Below, one piece after another: positions 1 to 9,195 of a stretch of DNA of 59,895 bases. The notes under the pieces were generated by a model that saw only the letters and a list, made by a program, of their open reading frames with translations, searched no databases and was not told where the DNA came from. The position numbers and the translations under genes are program-made. The DNA is taken from the IMG/VR virus record IMGVR_UViG_3300045988_040622; one strand, written 5' to 3'. Within the stretch, counting starts at the first letter, position 1; the number at the start of each line of letters is the position of its first letter. The DNA comes from a virus.

Positions 1-67
1 CGTACGGGAATCGAACCCGTGTTTCCGCCGTGAGAGGGCGGCGTCTTAACCGCTTGACCAACGAACC
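1..67 (-). tRNA. tRNA-Glu(CUC), 3' acceptor end truncated by the window edge
   Basis: Reverse complement reads GGTTCGTTGGTCAAGCGGTTAAGACGCCGCCCTCTCACGGCGGAAACACGGGTTCGATTCCCGTACG. Anticodon stem is CCGCC/GGCGG, loop CTCTCAC (anticodon CTC), T arm ACGGG-TTCGATT-CCCGT. Bases 1-80 are identical to 59816-59895. Confidence 0.85.
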
Positions 68-223
68 GTGTATTATACTATCATAGCACAGGCCATGCGT
101 CAAGTACTTTTTTCAGAAGCCTGGTTATTGTTCCCCGGTTCCCCTGCAAGCAGTAACAAGACTTGTACTTTCTTTCCCATATGTATATAATTTGTATAAA
201 AGCAACTCAGGAGGACATCAGAA

Positions 224-979
224 ATGAAACTTATCTCATGGAACGTTAACGGGCTGCGCGCCTGCGTACAAAAAGGATTTCTCGATTATTTTCATGCCGC
301 AGATGCCGATTTTTTCTGCATCCAGGAATCCAAGCTGCAGGAAGGACAGATCGCACTTGATCTGCCGGGCTACCACCAATACTGGAATTATGCCGAGAAA
401 AAAGGCTACTCCGGCACGGCAATCTTTGCAAAACACGAACCTCTTCAGGTCACACGCGGCATCGGCACCGCAATCTGCGATACCGAAGGCCGGGTGATCA
501 CCCTCGAATATGACAGCTTCTACCTTGTCACCTGTTACACCCCAAACTCCCAGAACGAACTGGCGCGGCTTCCCTACCGCATGGAATGGGAAGATGCTTT
601 CCGCGCTTATCTTCTTCAGCTCGACAGCAAAAAGCCGGTCATTCTCTGCGGCGATTTAAATGTTGCACACACGGAGATCGATCTGAAAAATCCAAAGACC
701 AACCGCAAAAATGCCGGTTTTTCCGATGAAGAACGAGAAAAAATGACCGAACTTTTAAGCGCCGGTTTTACGGATACCTTCCGTTATTTTTATCCGGATG
801 CCGAGGGCATTTATTCCTGGTGGTCCTACCGCTTTAAAGCCCGCGAGAAAAACGCCGGATGGCGGATCGATTATTTCATCACTTCCAGGCGGCTCGATTC
901 CAGTCTCACCGGAGCAGCTATCCATACCGATGTGTTCGGTTCGGATCACTGTCCGGTGGAACTGACCATTGAATTGTAA
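224..979 (+). CDS. xth: Exodeoxyribonuclease III (ExoIII/APE1 EEP-family AP endonuclease)
   Basis: 251-aa ORF with MKLISWNVNGLRA at the N-terminus, internal LCGDLNVAH and C-terminal GSDHCPV motifs typical of ExoIII. RBS is AGGAGG. GC is visibly higher than in the prophage. A terminator follows. Confidence 0.9.
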   Translation: MKLISWNVNGLRACVQKGFLDYFHAADADFFCIQESKLQEGQIALDLPGYHQYWNYAEKKGYSGTAIFAKHEPLQVTRGIGTAICDTEGRVITLEYDSFYLVTCYTPNSQNELARLPYRMEWEDAFRAYLLQLDSKKPVILCGDLNVAHTEIDLKNPKTNRKNAGFSDEEREKMTELLSAGFTDTFRYFYPDAEGIYSWWSYRFKAREKNAGWRIDYFITSRRLDSSLTGAAIHTDVFGSDHCPVELTIEL

Positions 980-1001
980 AGAAGTTTATTTCGTAAAAAA
1001 T

Positions 1002-1044
1002 CCAGTGTTTTCACGGACGATTCCATGAAAACACTGGATTTTTC
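1002..1044 (+). terminator. Rho-independent terminator of xth
   Basis: 12-bp stem CCAGTGTTTTCA / TGAAAACACTGG followed by ATTTTTC. Confidence 0.75.
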
Positions 1045-1208
1045 ATTATGTGTACATCAATTTTCCTTTTGGCACTGGAATTTCCCGCCCAATAGCCTTT
1101 GCCGTCTCTATCCATTCGGAAATAACTGTTTCCACATTTTCCAAAGCCTCTGCCGCCGTTTCTCCATCATAAACTTTATTTCCGCGAGGATGCGCAGCTC
1201 GCGGAGCG

Positions 1209-1247
1209 TTATTTAATCATAGGAAGGAATTTCCTATGATTAAATAA
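1209..1247. repeat. Perfect 16-bp-arm palindrome on the host side of attL
   Basis: TTATTTAATCATAGGA (1209-1224) and TCCTATGATTAAATAA (1232-1247) are exact reverse complements. An A-run follows. Confidence 0.6.
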
Positions 1248-1277
1248 AAAAAATGCTGTCATACGACAACATTTTTT
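1246..1277. terminator. Putative bidirectional terminator
   Basis: Hairpin ATGCTGTC-ATAC-GACAACAT (one mismatch) with an A-run upstream and TTTTT downstream. Confidence 0.45.
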
Positions 1278-1305
1278 CGGGTTGGGCTATTATATTTATA
1301 ATAGT

Positions 1306-1330
1306 AACAGTCCGTACGGGAATCGAACCC
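1306..1330. repeat. attL core (copy of the tRNA-Glu 3' end)
   Basis: AACAGTCCGTACGGGAATCGAACCC is identical to 59809-59833. The sequences diverge immediately on both sides. Confidence 0.85.
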
Positions 1331-1380
1331 TAAAGTAATTGCCTTGAAATGGCTTAAAATAGCCATTCTTTCAATTTTTC

Positions 1381-1400
1381 TTTGAGTACCTTTGAGTACT
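1381..1400 (+). promoter_or_regulatory. Putative integrase arm-type binding sites (2 tandem copies)
   Basis: TTTGAGTACC then TTTGAGTACT, 50 bp from the attL core. The same 9-10-mer occurs twice at 59741-59762 near attR. Confidence 0.55.
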
Positions 1401-1406
1401 AGGGAC

Positions 1407-2603
1407 TCATAGTGCTTCGATTAAGTCAAGTTCCTGTCTCTTTTCCTCAATTCCGGTACGATCAAAATAATAATGATCTTTTGTGCAACTAATGTCTGTA
1501 TGCCCCATGGTATCAAGGATTGTGGACTCTTTCACTTTTCCGTCGAGCAAGATACTTCCATACGTCTTACGGATTTTGTGCGGAGATTTCACTTTCATTC
1601 GCAGTTCATGTTCGCAGATATACCGCAAACGTTCACGAAAGTTGTAGGATTTCAGCCGTTCTCCGTCTCTTTCAAATAGATACTCCCCAAAGGGATTTCT
1701 CTTTCGTACTTCATCAAGAATCCATTTGTACTTATCCGGCAGTATGGCAAATCGCAATCCGGCTTCTGATTTCGGGAAATCTTTGACCTCATAGTGAAAA
1801 CCATCATCATCACGATAACGTGTTTCTGTAGAATTGATTGCAACCGTGTAGTTTTCAACATCTTTCCGCTTTAATGCCGACAATTCTCCGACACGTACCC
1901 CTGTCTTAAACATGAATAGCAATCCAAGGTTTACGATATCCAAGTGATTCCTCAAGTACATCTCCATGCGTTCCTTTTCATCCGGCATATATACTTGGTC
2001 TTTTGCCTGCCGGACTACGTGCTTAAACGCTTTTGGCGATATATCCATATCTTTTAGCGTGTATGTAATGGGAAACTTAACATACTTCTTCCGCTTGGCA
2101 TACTTAAAGATTCCATATATTAGCGTCCGGAAGTTTGAGAATGCCTTGGAAGTCATGTTGAAGTCATGGATGCTATTTCGTATGAACGTTTCAAGGTCGC
2201 ATTCGTCTACACTTTTGATTCTCTTATCCTTGATACCGTCAAAGTATCTTTGAAAATCCATTAAGTATCTGTCGTAGGTTGCCCTGCTGATTTCTTCAAG
2301 TTCCAACTTTTGCGAAATCCAGCGGTTGAAGATTTCCTCTACTGTAGGGTCATCCTCTCTCTCTTTCCAATAATCAATGATTTTCTGCTCGACCGCTTCT
2401 CTGCGCTTTGCCTTGATTTTACGTCTGCCTTTTACTTCATCCGGCAGATATGAGTACCAGTTCTCATCCTTTCCTTGATAGATTTTATAAGGGTTTTTGT
2501 TGAGTAATTTTTCTCTCTTTTGCATAGTGACTTGTTTCTGCACAAGTGCTATGTCTAGTATGCCACTATCAACGGCATATTTCAACAGTTCTTTTTCATC
2601 CAA
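1407..2603 (-). CDS. int: Tyrosine-type site-specific integrase
   Basis: 398 aa. The C-terminal catalytic region carries GVRVGELSALKRKDV, HKIRKTYGS and LGHTDISCTKDHYY (R..HxxR..Y pattern). The gene is adjacent to attL. Confidence 0.9.
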   Translation of the reverse strand: MDEKELLKYAVDSGILDIALVQKQVTMQKREKLLNKNPYKIYQGKDENWYSYLPDEVKGRRKIKAKRREAVEQKIIDYWKEREDDPTVEEIFNRWISQKLELEEISRATYDRYLMDFQRYFDGIKDKRIKSVDECDLETFIRNSIHDFNMTSKAFSNFRTLIYGIFKYAKRKKYVKFPITYTLKDMDISPKAFKHVVRQAKDQVYMPDEKERMEMYLRNHLDIVNLGLLFMFKTGVRVGELSALKRKDVENYTVAINSTETRYRDDDGFHYEVKDFPKSEAGLRFAILPDKYKWILDEVRKRNPFGEYLFERDGERLKSYNFRERLRYICEHELRMKVKSPHKIRKTYGSILLDGKVKESTILDTMGHTDISCTKDHYYFDRTGIEEKRQELDLIEAL

Positions 2604-2809
2604 TCAAATACCCCCGTTCTTTCTATTTTATCTTTTATATCTCTCACTCTGTACTCTATCGTTCTTAGTGATAGATTTTCTTTTGTGGATATTTGCTTTT
2701 GTGAAAAACCACGGCAGAGAAGAGAGAAAATTCTCTCCTCTTCTTCCGTGAAATTGGCATTTTCTTTGATTTGTTCAAGTTCTGGCTTAATGAATTTTGT
2801 AAATTTCAT
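2582..2809 (-). CDS. Small LuxR/GerE-type HTH protein (possible excision or regulatory factor)
   Basis: 75 aa. ERIFSLLCRGFSQKQISTKENLSLRTIEYRVRDIKDKI matches the LuxR-type HTH pattern. It lies directly upstream of int and overlaps it. Confidence 0.55.
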   Translation of the reverse strand: MKFTKFIKPELEQIKENANFTEEEERIFSLLCRGFSQKQISTKENLSLRTIEYRVRDIKDKIERTGVFDWMKKNC

Positions 2810-2827
2810 AAGCCATTTCTCCTTATT

Positions 2828-3814
2828 TTATTGGTTGATATTTAAGTTTTTAAACATAGCACACATAACATCTACTACTATTGAGTTGCCGAACTGCTTA
2901 TATAGTTGCGTATTGCTGTTCACTGCTGCCATTTTGTCAATATCTTCATCAGATACACCCATCAGCCGTCCGCACTCTCTCGGTGTTAGCTTTCTGATAC
3001 GATATTTTGTAGCAATATGGCTATTTGCATATCCGTGTGTGCCAGCTACAAGATTAGCAGATATGCCGTTATCAGAAACAACTGTACCGCATTGGGATCC
3101 ATTACTTGATATTTGACCGACCTTTTCAATTCTAACAACTTCTTGGTTTTGCGCGGTTAATGTAGGGCAAGTATTGCCTTTGTCTTGCACCCTACCTCTT
3201 CTTGTTTTGCTGTTAGGATAGCTTGCTTCAAAGCAACCGCCTATTTCGCATTCAATAGAGCCGTCCTTTGTGGCTTGTCTAATTTTTACGTTTTCAAGCA
3301 CCAAATTGTCTTTCTGCACACTCGTTAAGCAATTACTTGTACCTTGCATATTTACCTCTAATCTCTGTCCTGTCGGGCTTCCCGCAGTTCTATCTGACGG
3401 ATTATCGGGATTTCTGCCACGCATAGCAACTATCTGACTTTCGGTACATATTTTAATCTGTTGTGTACTGCCACCCTCAACTGTTGTGATGTTAGGACAA
3501 AGTGCATTTTCATCATATACTGTGTTTGATTGGTGCTTACCTGTGCCATTATCCATAAATCCCAACTGTTTTACTTCAAGTATTTTAGGCTCTTGATTTC
3601 CACCTTGCATTGCACTCAATGTTGGACTACCCCCCCCTACATCATAAATTCTGTTGGTACTCTCAAATTTTGCTTCAAGAGAACCTATTGCATTTACATC
3701 TGCCATAATTACTCCTAAATCGTGGTTTTCAGCCTTTACGCATCTTGCAATCGGATATACACCTCTTTGAAAATCTGCTGTCACTCCGGTGTATATGCTA
3801 CCTATTACTTCCAT
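2828..3814 (-). CDS. DNA (cytosine-5) methyltransferase, C-terminal part (several TRD-like modules plus motifs IX-X)
   Basis: TRD-like modules GGSPTLSAMQGG, AMRGRNPDNPSDR...NCLTSVQKDN and CPTLTAQNQ, then RKLTPRECGRLMGV (motif IX) and QFGNSIVVDV (motif X). It has its own GGAG-7nt-ATG start. Confidence 0.8.
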   Translation of the reverse strand: MEVIGSIYTGVTADFQRGVYPIARCVKAENHDLGVIMADVNAIGSLEAKFESTNRIYDVGGGSPTLSAMQGGNQEPKILEVKQLGFMDNGTGKHQSNTVYDENALCPNITTVEGGSTQQIKICTESQIVAMRGRNPDNPSDRTAGSPTGQRLEVNMQGTSNCLTSVQKDNLVLENVKIRQATKDGSIECEIGGCFEASYPNSKTRRGRVQDKGNTCPTLTAQNQEVVRIEKVGQISSNGSQCGTVVSDNGISANLVAGTHGYANSHIATKYRIRKLTPRECGRLMGVSDEDIDKMAAVNSNTQLYKQFGNSIVVDVMCAMFKNLNINQ

Positions 3815-3895
3815 TCAATCACTCCATTCATAGATTGATTTCCAAAACCTTTATAATCCCTTGCCATAAGAGTCGTTGCAATATCAATCTGCTTT

Positions 3896-4846
3896 TCAAT
3901 CTGAGTTGCTTGATTGCTTAACAACAAGGTTTCCGTCTGACCGCAAGTTTGATATTCCGCAGTCATATTTTGCCTTGATACAGTTTGCGACTTCTCTTTG
4001 CTGCGGTTTATTGATTGTTCCGTCAACGCAAGTCTGTCTGTCTGTCTGTATGTCAAGATTGTGTTGTGGTAATGTGCCGTTGTCAATAAGCTGTTTTATA
4101 AGCTTGTCAGCCTTTTCATTGTTGATGTAATACTTTTCATCTACATTATCCTCAAGATAGTCTTTCAACTTCTTTTCAAGTGGTACAGGCTGCGGAAAAT
4201 CATATGAGTAATTGCCAAGGAACGAAAACATAAAGCATCTGTTTCTGTTCTGTGCCACTCCATAATTTTCAGCATTCAAATCTTGCCAATAATTTGTGTA
4301 CCCTAAACTTTCCAGGAAACCCAACCACTTCTCAAAATCATTGATGTTTTTCTTGCCGTGTACTTGTGGCACGTTCTCCATGAACAAAATCTGTGGTAAT
4401 TCTCCGTTACTATCTCTAATTTCTGTTAGTATTCTCTCAACTTCCCACAACAGACCGCTTCTTGTACCACTTCCCTTAGACATTCCAGCTTGTTTCCCGG
4501 CAACTGATAAATCTGTGCAAGGAAACGAGTAAGTAAGTAGGTAAGTAAAGGTTTCTGTGCTGCAAATATTCAAATCTTCTGCATGAACCTTTGTTATGTC
4601 CATTGTGGGGAAATCCGTACCATGTACTGCGTTATAGCTTGCAATAGCGTACTTATCAAACTCAACAACTCTGTAATGTTCAAACTTAGCGCCTATTCTC
4701 TTTAGTGCCATTGCCTGACTGCCGTAGCCGGCGAAAAGTTCTATTAAGCGAATGGGCTTTGTTATGCTGATTGGTTCTCTTGTGAAGTCAAATATGCTCA
4801 TTTGATTATCACAAGAATAATTTTCAAAATTCATAAAATCTACCAA
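3896..4846 (-). CDS. DNA (cytosine-5) methyltransferase, N-terminal part (motifs I-VIII plus first TRD-like module)
   Basis: LFAGYGS (motif I), FSFPCTDLSVAG (motif IV), ENVPQV (motif VI), QNRNRCFMFS (motif VIII), then ANCIKAKYDCGISN. It ends at a stop 84 nt before the next MTase ORF, which is in the same frame. Confidence 0.8.
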   Translation of the reverse strand: MVDFMNFENYSCDNQMSIFDFTREPISITKPIRLIELFAGYGSQAMALKRIGAKFEHYRVVEFDKYAIASYNAVHGTDFPTMDITKVHAEDLNICSTETFTYLLTYSFPCTDLSVAGKQAGMSKGSGTRSGLLWEVERILTEIRDSNGELPQILFMENVPQVHGKKNINDFEKWLGFLESLGYTNYWQDLNAENYGVAQNRNRCFMFSFLGNYSYDFPQPVPLEKKLKDYLEDNVDEKYYINNEKADKLIKQLIDNGTLPQHNLDIQTDRQTCVDGTINKPQQREVANCIKAKYDCGISNLRSDGNLVVKQSSNSD

Positions 4847-4896
4847 AAGGAAACCTCGGTTTTATGTGCGCACAACCTATTCCTTTCTGATAATTT

Positions 4897-5640
4897 TTAA
4901 TTTAAACTTAAATAACACATAATTCCACAATCCGGCATAATCTCTGTATTCATATCTCCTCTGTTCGGGTCTAATTCATCCAGATATACCGGACCGTTTT
5001 TGTCTTTCAACATGGAGTGTCCGACTTCTCTTTCCAACTTCGCCCGACTTTCAAAGACTTCCGGAAAATCCTTTCTGATATGGTTCCAATAACCCATGCC
5101 ACCTTTTATACAGCCAATGCAATTATTGTTGGAATACCCATGCTCATAATTCCAAGGACGTGGAAAAGTAAAAGTCATTAAAAACAGTCCATGCACTTCC
5201 TCTTTCGTTAAATTTCTTTCAATCAACGGAAAAATGTGATTAAACTCCGGATTGCTCTCAACCATTCGATCAGCTCGGTTCTTCTCGTTCAAGTCAAATC
5301 CCCAAACATACGTGATCTCACAGTCCGCATGTTCAGCTTCCCACTTTTTACGAATCCGCTTTTTCATCCAATTAGTACATGGTGCAAATCCGTTAGCCGG
5401 ATTTTTATAACCACCAAACGTCCTTACGCAATCTTCTACATTTCGATATTCCGTTGATCGTAGCACTGTGATTTTCTTTCCGATCGCTTTCTCGCAATCT
5501 TTAATGAATCTCATGCTATCCGGATGTTGGTCTGCAACGTCAATGTAGATCCATTCATCTACATTTCCGGCAAGATATCCTGCCATAAAACTTGATATTC
5601 CTGCGCTTATCCAACATACCTTTAGTTTCTTTTTTGCCAT
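4897..5640 (-). CDS. PAPS-reductase / PP-loop ATP-pyrophosphatase-like protein
   Basis: 247 aa. N-terminal VCWISAGISS is PP-loop-like, and a Cys cluster NNCIGCIKGG follows. This is typical of the phage PAPS reductase family. Confidence 0.55.
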   Translation of the reverse strand: MAKKKLKVCWISAGISSFMAGYLAGNVDEWIYIDVADQHPDSMRFIKDCEKAIGKKITVLRSTEYRNVEDCVRTFGGYKNPANGFAPCTNWMKKRIRKKWEAEHADCEITYVWGFDLNEKNRADRMVESNPEFNHIFPLIERNLTKEEVHGLFLMTFTFPRPWNYEHGYSNNNCIGCIKGGMGYWNHIRKDFPEVFESRAKLEREVGHSMLKDKNGPVYLDELDPNRGDMNTEIMPDCGIMCYLSLN

Positions 5641-5799
5641 AACACCACGCTACAAATCGCTTTGTAATCGTGGATAAATTTTTAGATTGCTCTACATCTC
5701 GCGGTCAGTTTCCGTTCCGCGCCTTATAGCCACAATGAATATTTTTCTATACAACCATCGCCAATCTCCGTTGCATAACCTCGGTTTACCGAGGATTCG

Positions 5800-6054
5800 T
5801 TATTCCTTTCCTTCTAAAACTTCACTTAAATATTTGTTATATGCTGCAATCATACCATCTGTCCATGCACCACATTTTTCATCCGGCAGTTCCCGAAGCG
5901 GACACCAATCCGGCTTCTCGTATGTTTCAGAATTAACTACTCTTGACACCTCGAATGCCTGACAACGATCTTCTCCGCCATTGCTGTTAATATGGCAAAA
6001 GTTGCAACCGAAACACGATTCCGGCATATCCATAACTAAAACTGCTTTAGCCAT
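5800..6054 (-). CDS. Small Cys-rich hypothetical protein
   Basis: Start is trimmed to MAKAVLVMDMPESCFGCNFC. The protein is Cys-rich (CFGC...CPL). Confidence 0.5.
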   Translation of the reverse strand: MAKAVLVMDMPESCFGCNFCHINSNGGEDRCQAFEVSRVVNSETYEKPDWCPLRELPDEKCGAWTDGMIAAYNKYLSEVLEGKE

Positions 6055-6166
6055 ACAATCACCCTTTCTTTTTCTTCTTAGGCTTAAACTTAAAAACATC
6101 ATTTTTCTGACGGCTTACCATGCTACGATAGCCGTTCATTTTACTAGCTCTGCTTTTACTCATACC

Positions 6167-6688
6167 TCACACTCCTTCCGTTTTCTCGCACCGCTCAAAT
6201 TCGATAACCCACACCCAAGGGTTAGCATTCCAACCGTAGCGATCTACGTCGGATTTCTTGACGGTACTATTCCAAAGAGTCGAAAACGCATATCTTTTTT
6301 CTCCATTCAGCACATGAGGATATTCCACCTCTACACCCTCTCTGCCAATCTGCTCCGATGTAATCTCCTGCAACCGCTCCACTCGTACATCCGTTACACG
6401 TAGCCAGATACGCGCTGCTTCTTTTGGCATGTGGATGGATGGTTTCCACTTCGTAATATCGGCAATATCATCTCTTTGCCAATCTTCATAATAATAGTAA
6501 CCATTCAGTGCTCTTTTCCATGTTTCCCGGACATACAGAATATCGCCCGATTGATATGGTGGCTTTATGCACTGTGCTCCATAACGCGCCGTAGGCTGTG
6601 GCTTTACAACTCTCCTAGTACAACTTTTCCGTCCGTCCAGAATCGCCCGAACCATCTCGGTGTTAAATAAAATCGGTTTAATTGCCAT
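6167..6688 (-). CDS. ASCH/PUA-like fold protein (putative)
   Basis: 173 aa. N-terminal PILFNTEMVRAILDGRKSCTRR and GDILYVRETW follow the pattern common in ASCH-like phage proteins. Confidence 0.4.
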   Translation of the reverse strand: MAIKPILFNTEMVRAILDGRKSCTRRVVKPQPTARYGAQCIKPPYQSGDILYVRETWKRALNGYYYYEDWQRDDIADITKWKPSIHMPKEAARIWLRVTDVRVERLQEITSEQIGREGVEVEYPHVLNGEKRYAFSTLWNSTVKKSDVDRYGWNANPWVWVIEFERCEKTEGV

Positions 6689-6834
6689 CTACCCACCTCC
6701 ATCTAAAATGAAATACTGCAAAATGAATCTGAATGTTGAAATTTTTATCAATCATTTCATGCTGTGTGCTTATCCTAATTGTCGGGAGAATATATACATC
6801 TTGTGTATCAACAAGAAAGTCAAATCTGTCAAAA

Positions 6835-7089
6835 TTAACCATCTACTCCACCGCCTTTCACAATCTCGATTGCCTTATTAAACCACTTAACATCAGCGTT
6901 CATATTCTCATATAGCATATAAGCCTTAGTTTCTTCCAACTGCTCCACAACCTTGTCCACATCGTAGGCGGTCGGCTGTACATCTATCACGCTCGCCAAT
7001 GTTGCCAAACTTGCTCTCCTAAAATCATCATCCGATTTACTTGCACGCATGCAATATTCTTTTAGTGTATCTGCATCAATCAGTCTCAT
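6835..7089 (-). CDS. Hypothetical phage protein
   Basis: 84-aa ORF whose ATG overlaps the stop of the upstream small ORF (ATGA coupling). Confidence 0.55.
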   Translation of the reverse strand: MRLIDADTLKEYCMRASKSDDDFRRASLATLASVIDVQPTAYDVDKVVEQLEETKAYMLYENMNADVKWFNKAIEIVKGGGVDG

Positions 7090-7250
7090 CGTTTTTTATC
7101 TCCTCTTTTCAAATAATCAAAAATCTCATGTCCAATCATCGCTACAACTGACAGAATGCAAAAAAGATTAACTCCAAATTCTGTTAGAATATCTAACCTA
7201 ACGGCTATAAGTATTAGTAGAAAGAAATTTATGTACGATTGAAAAATCAT
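7086..7250 (-). CDS. Small membrane protein (below the ORF-track cutoff)
   Basis: 54 aa, MIFQSYINFFLLILIAVRLD..., hydrophobic. It has ATGA overlaps with both neighbouring genes. Confidence 0.45.
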   Translation of the reverse strand: MIFQSYINFFLLILIAVRLDILTEFGVNLFCILSVVAMIGHEIFDYLKRGDKKR

Positions 7251-7624
7251 TCTTCATCACTCCAATCCAACTTGCAACCGCACTTACTACAGTAATTTGG
7301 CACATTGTTGTTGTTCATTATTCCTATATCGTGACTGACTTTGATTGTGTTTCCGCATTCACAATGGAATACAGAAAGAGTATCGCTAAGGTTATGACTA
7401 AATATAGGTTTCTTCGCCGTCTGCTTAACCGCCGCCGCCCTACATTCTTTCGGTGTGCCGATTGCGCTGTACTGTTGTACTTCTTCAAGTGCCTGTATTG
7501 CTACTCTAGTAGCTTTCGCAACCCTGCATCCCCCATATTCACAATTAAGCAGGCTGTCTGTGCCTTGTGCGCATTCATAACAACTGTCTTTCTTCAATAT
7601 CTTAATTGCTTCATTCTCCGTCAT
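7247..7624 (-). CDS. Cys-rich hypothetical protein
   Basis: 125 aa with CYEC, CECG and CSKCGC clusters (zinc-ribbon-like). Confidence 0.55.
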   Translation of the reverse strand: MTENEAIKILKKDSCYECAQGTDSLLNCEYGGCRVAKATRVAIQALEEVQQYSAIGTPKECRAAAVKQTAKKPIFSHNLSDTLSVFHCECGNTIKVSHDIGIMNNNNVPNYCSKCGCKLDWSDEE

Positions 7625-7626
7625 AG

Positions 7627-8118
7627 TTACACCTCCAACAATTCCGGATTGTCAAATATATTGCCGATAACTTCAACTGTACTTAAGGAATCATCTTCAT
7701 CATTGAAATTCCAATAAATTTCCCATAATGATATGTAATTATCGTTTTCACAAGCATACAAAGTGTTTTCACAACCTGTTAGTGGCATAATATTTGCTTG
7801 TATTTCATCCCAATCAATATGTTTTTCGTATGCAATGCCAAAACTACCGCACTCAAACTTAACAATCCCTCTATGTCCTAAGAAATCAACAACATCATTC
7901 TCCCAAATCAGTTTGCCGTTCTTGTCTCTCAAGCCTGTGCATCGGCAGATTGTATCTTTTTTTACTTCTACAATATTTGATGTTGAAAACCAACCGGCTA
8001 ATATTTTGATTGCATGATTCGGAATAATAAAATAAGTGTCATTTACTTCAACAAGTTGCCCTTTAACCCATCTGTCGGAATCATCAAACTTTGCCTTGAA
8101 TAAATATCTATCTTCCAT
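7627..8118 (-). CDS. YopX-family protein
   Basis: Start is trimmed to MEDRYLFKAKF after a GGAGAG RBS. CTGLRDKNGKLIWENDVV and IGNIFDNPELLE are typical YopX motifs. Confidence 0.65.
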   Translation of the reverse strand: MEDRYLFKAKFDDSDRWVKGQLVEVNDTYFIIPNHAIKILAGWFSTSNIVEVKKDTICRCTGLRDKNGKLIWENDVVDFLGHRGIVKFECGSFGIAYEKHIDWDEIQANIMPLTGCENTLYACENDNYISLWEIYWNFNDEDDSLSTVEVIGNIFDNPELLEV

Positions 8119-8126
8119 ATTCTCTC

Positions 8127-8738
8127 CTATTCCGCTTCTGATTGAAGCCACTTCAACGTTAATTCCAACTCTCTTTCTTTCATATTGCATCTGAAAGCAC
8201 ACCCATCTGAAAAGCTATCGCAATAATCAGCACAATTAAAGTTCGAACCGCCTGCAATACGTTCCGCCATTTCTTCATCCGACATATTCCTTATCCTGTC
8301 GGCATTGGTCGCTTTCACATCAACAAGCTCAAAACACTCATCACGCCATTTCAATACATTATCAATATTGAATGAACTGTAACCTACATGGTAATAATCT
8401 TCGCCGACTTTTTTGTACTTGATTTCGTAATATGGCTTGTTGTCTATCGTCCTTACGATAATTTCCAGAGATGTAACTTTGTTTTTTGTATCATCATTTT
8501 CTGAAACTTTGCTATCGCATCCACAACAATGCTCATTATCTCTTGAATTGCTGTTGTGCTGGAAGTCGCAAGTGTGTGCTTTTTCTTTTGTGGCTAAGTC
8601 AAGGTAATATTTCAAATCTTTTATCAAACTGATAGTTCCGTAGAGTTGTTTTTCTTCAAGCATTTCAACAACTTCCGATATTCTTCTATCAAAGTCTCGC
8701 TCGCTTACGCTTTTAAGAAATTTATCCATTCTCTCCAC
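8127..8738 (-). CDS. Hypothetical protein
   Basis: 203-aa ORF, co-directional and tightly packed with its neighbours. Confidence 0.55.
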   Translation of the reverse strand: MERMDKFLKSVSERDFDRRISEVVEMLEEKQLYGTISLIKDLKYYLDLATKEKAHTCDFQHNSNSRDNEHCCGCDSKVSENDDTKNKVTSLEIIVRTIDNKPYYEIKYKKVGEDYYHVGYSSFNIDNVLKWRDECFELVDVKATNADRIRNMSDEEMAERIAGGSNFNCADYCDSFSDGCAFRCNMKERELELTLKWLQSEAE

Positions 8739-9195
8739 CTCTCATTTCTTTCAGCTTGGCTTCGGCTTCCTCTTTTGATAAAAACCAGGTTTCCTTGTAC
8801 ATTTTTTCTGACAGGATTCGGTCTGTTGCATATTCTCGATCCTTATCACACTCCATGTACCATCCTTTTTCTGTAAAAGTAATCGAGGCTACTTTCTGAT
8901 GATAAACTTTGTTGTTCTCCGGGTGCAGACTTAAAATATTTAATTCATAATTGATTTTGCTAGGAATTATATATACATCTGAGCCAATTCCACACGGCAA
9001 CCGCAGAAGTAATCCCTGCTCCTCTGCATCCTCGTAATCCGCTAACTTCTCCATTGCGCAATAACCTTCTTCGCAGTTGGAATAATATGAATTAGGCTTT
9101 TCGCCATAGCACGAATACAAGGTTTTTAAGGATTTTTTCTCGTAATTCTCTTTTACTAAGATTCCATCCGCTGTCCGTTTTGTTAATCTCTCCAT
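8722..9195 (-). CDS. Hypothetical protein
   Basis: 157-aa ORF in the early-operon array. Confidence 0.55.
   Translation of the reverse strand: MERLTKRTADGILVKENYEKKSLKTLYSCYGEKPNSYYSNCEEGYCAMEKLADYEDAEEQGLLLRLPCGIGSDVYIIPSKINYELNILSLHPENNKVYHQKVASITFTEKGWYMECDKDREYATDRILSEKMYKETWFLSKEEAEAKLKEMRGGENG

Noticed and set aside
224-979. xth as phage cargo, which would follow if the 80-bp terminal identity meant a circular phage genome.
   Set aside because: It lies outside the 25-bp att repeats, has clearly higher GC than the prophage, and has its own terminators. It is most simply host DNA.
1025-1216. 63-aa plus-strand ORF downstream of xth.
   Set aside because: It starts inside the xth terminator hairpin, has no RBS, and its sequence looks non-protein-like.
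3805-3898. T4 gene-60-style translational bypass across the 84-nt gap in the methyltransferase. GAT TGA occurs at both ends of the gap in the same frame.
   Set aside because: The landing GAT is itself followed by TGA. The gap encodes a good TRD-like peptide in another frame, and the downstream ORF has its own RBS and ATG. A split enzyme or indels are simpler explanations.
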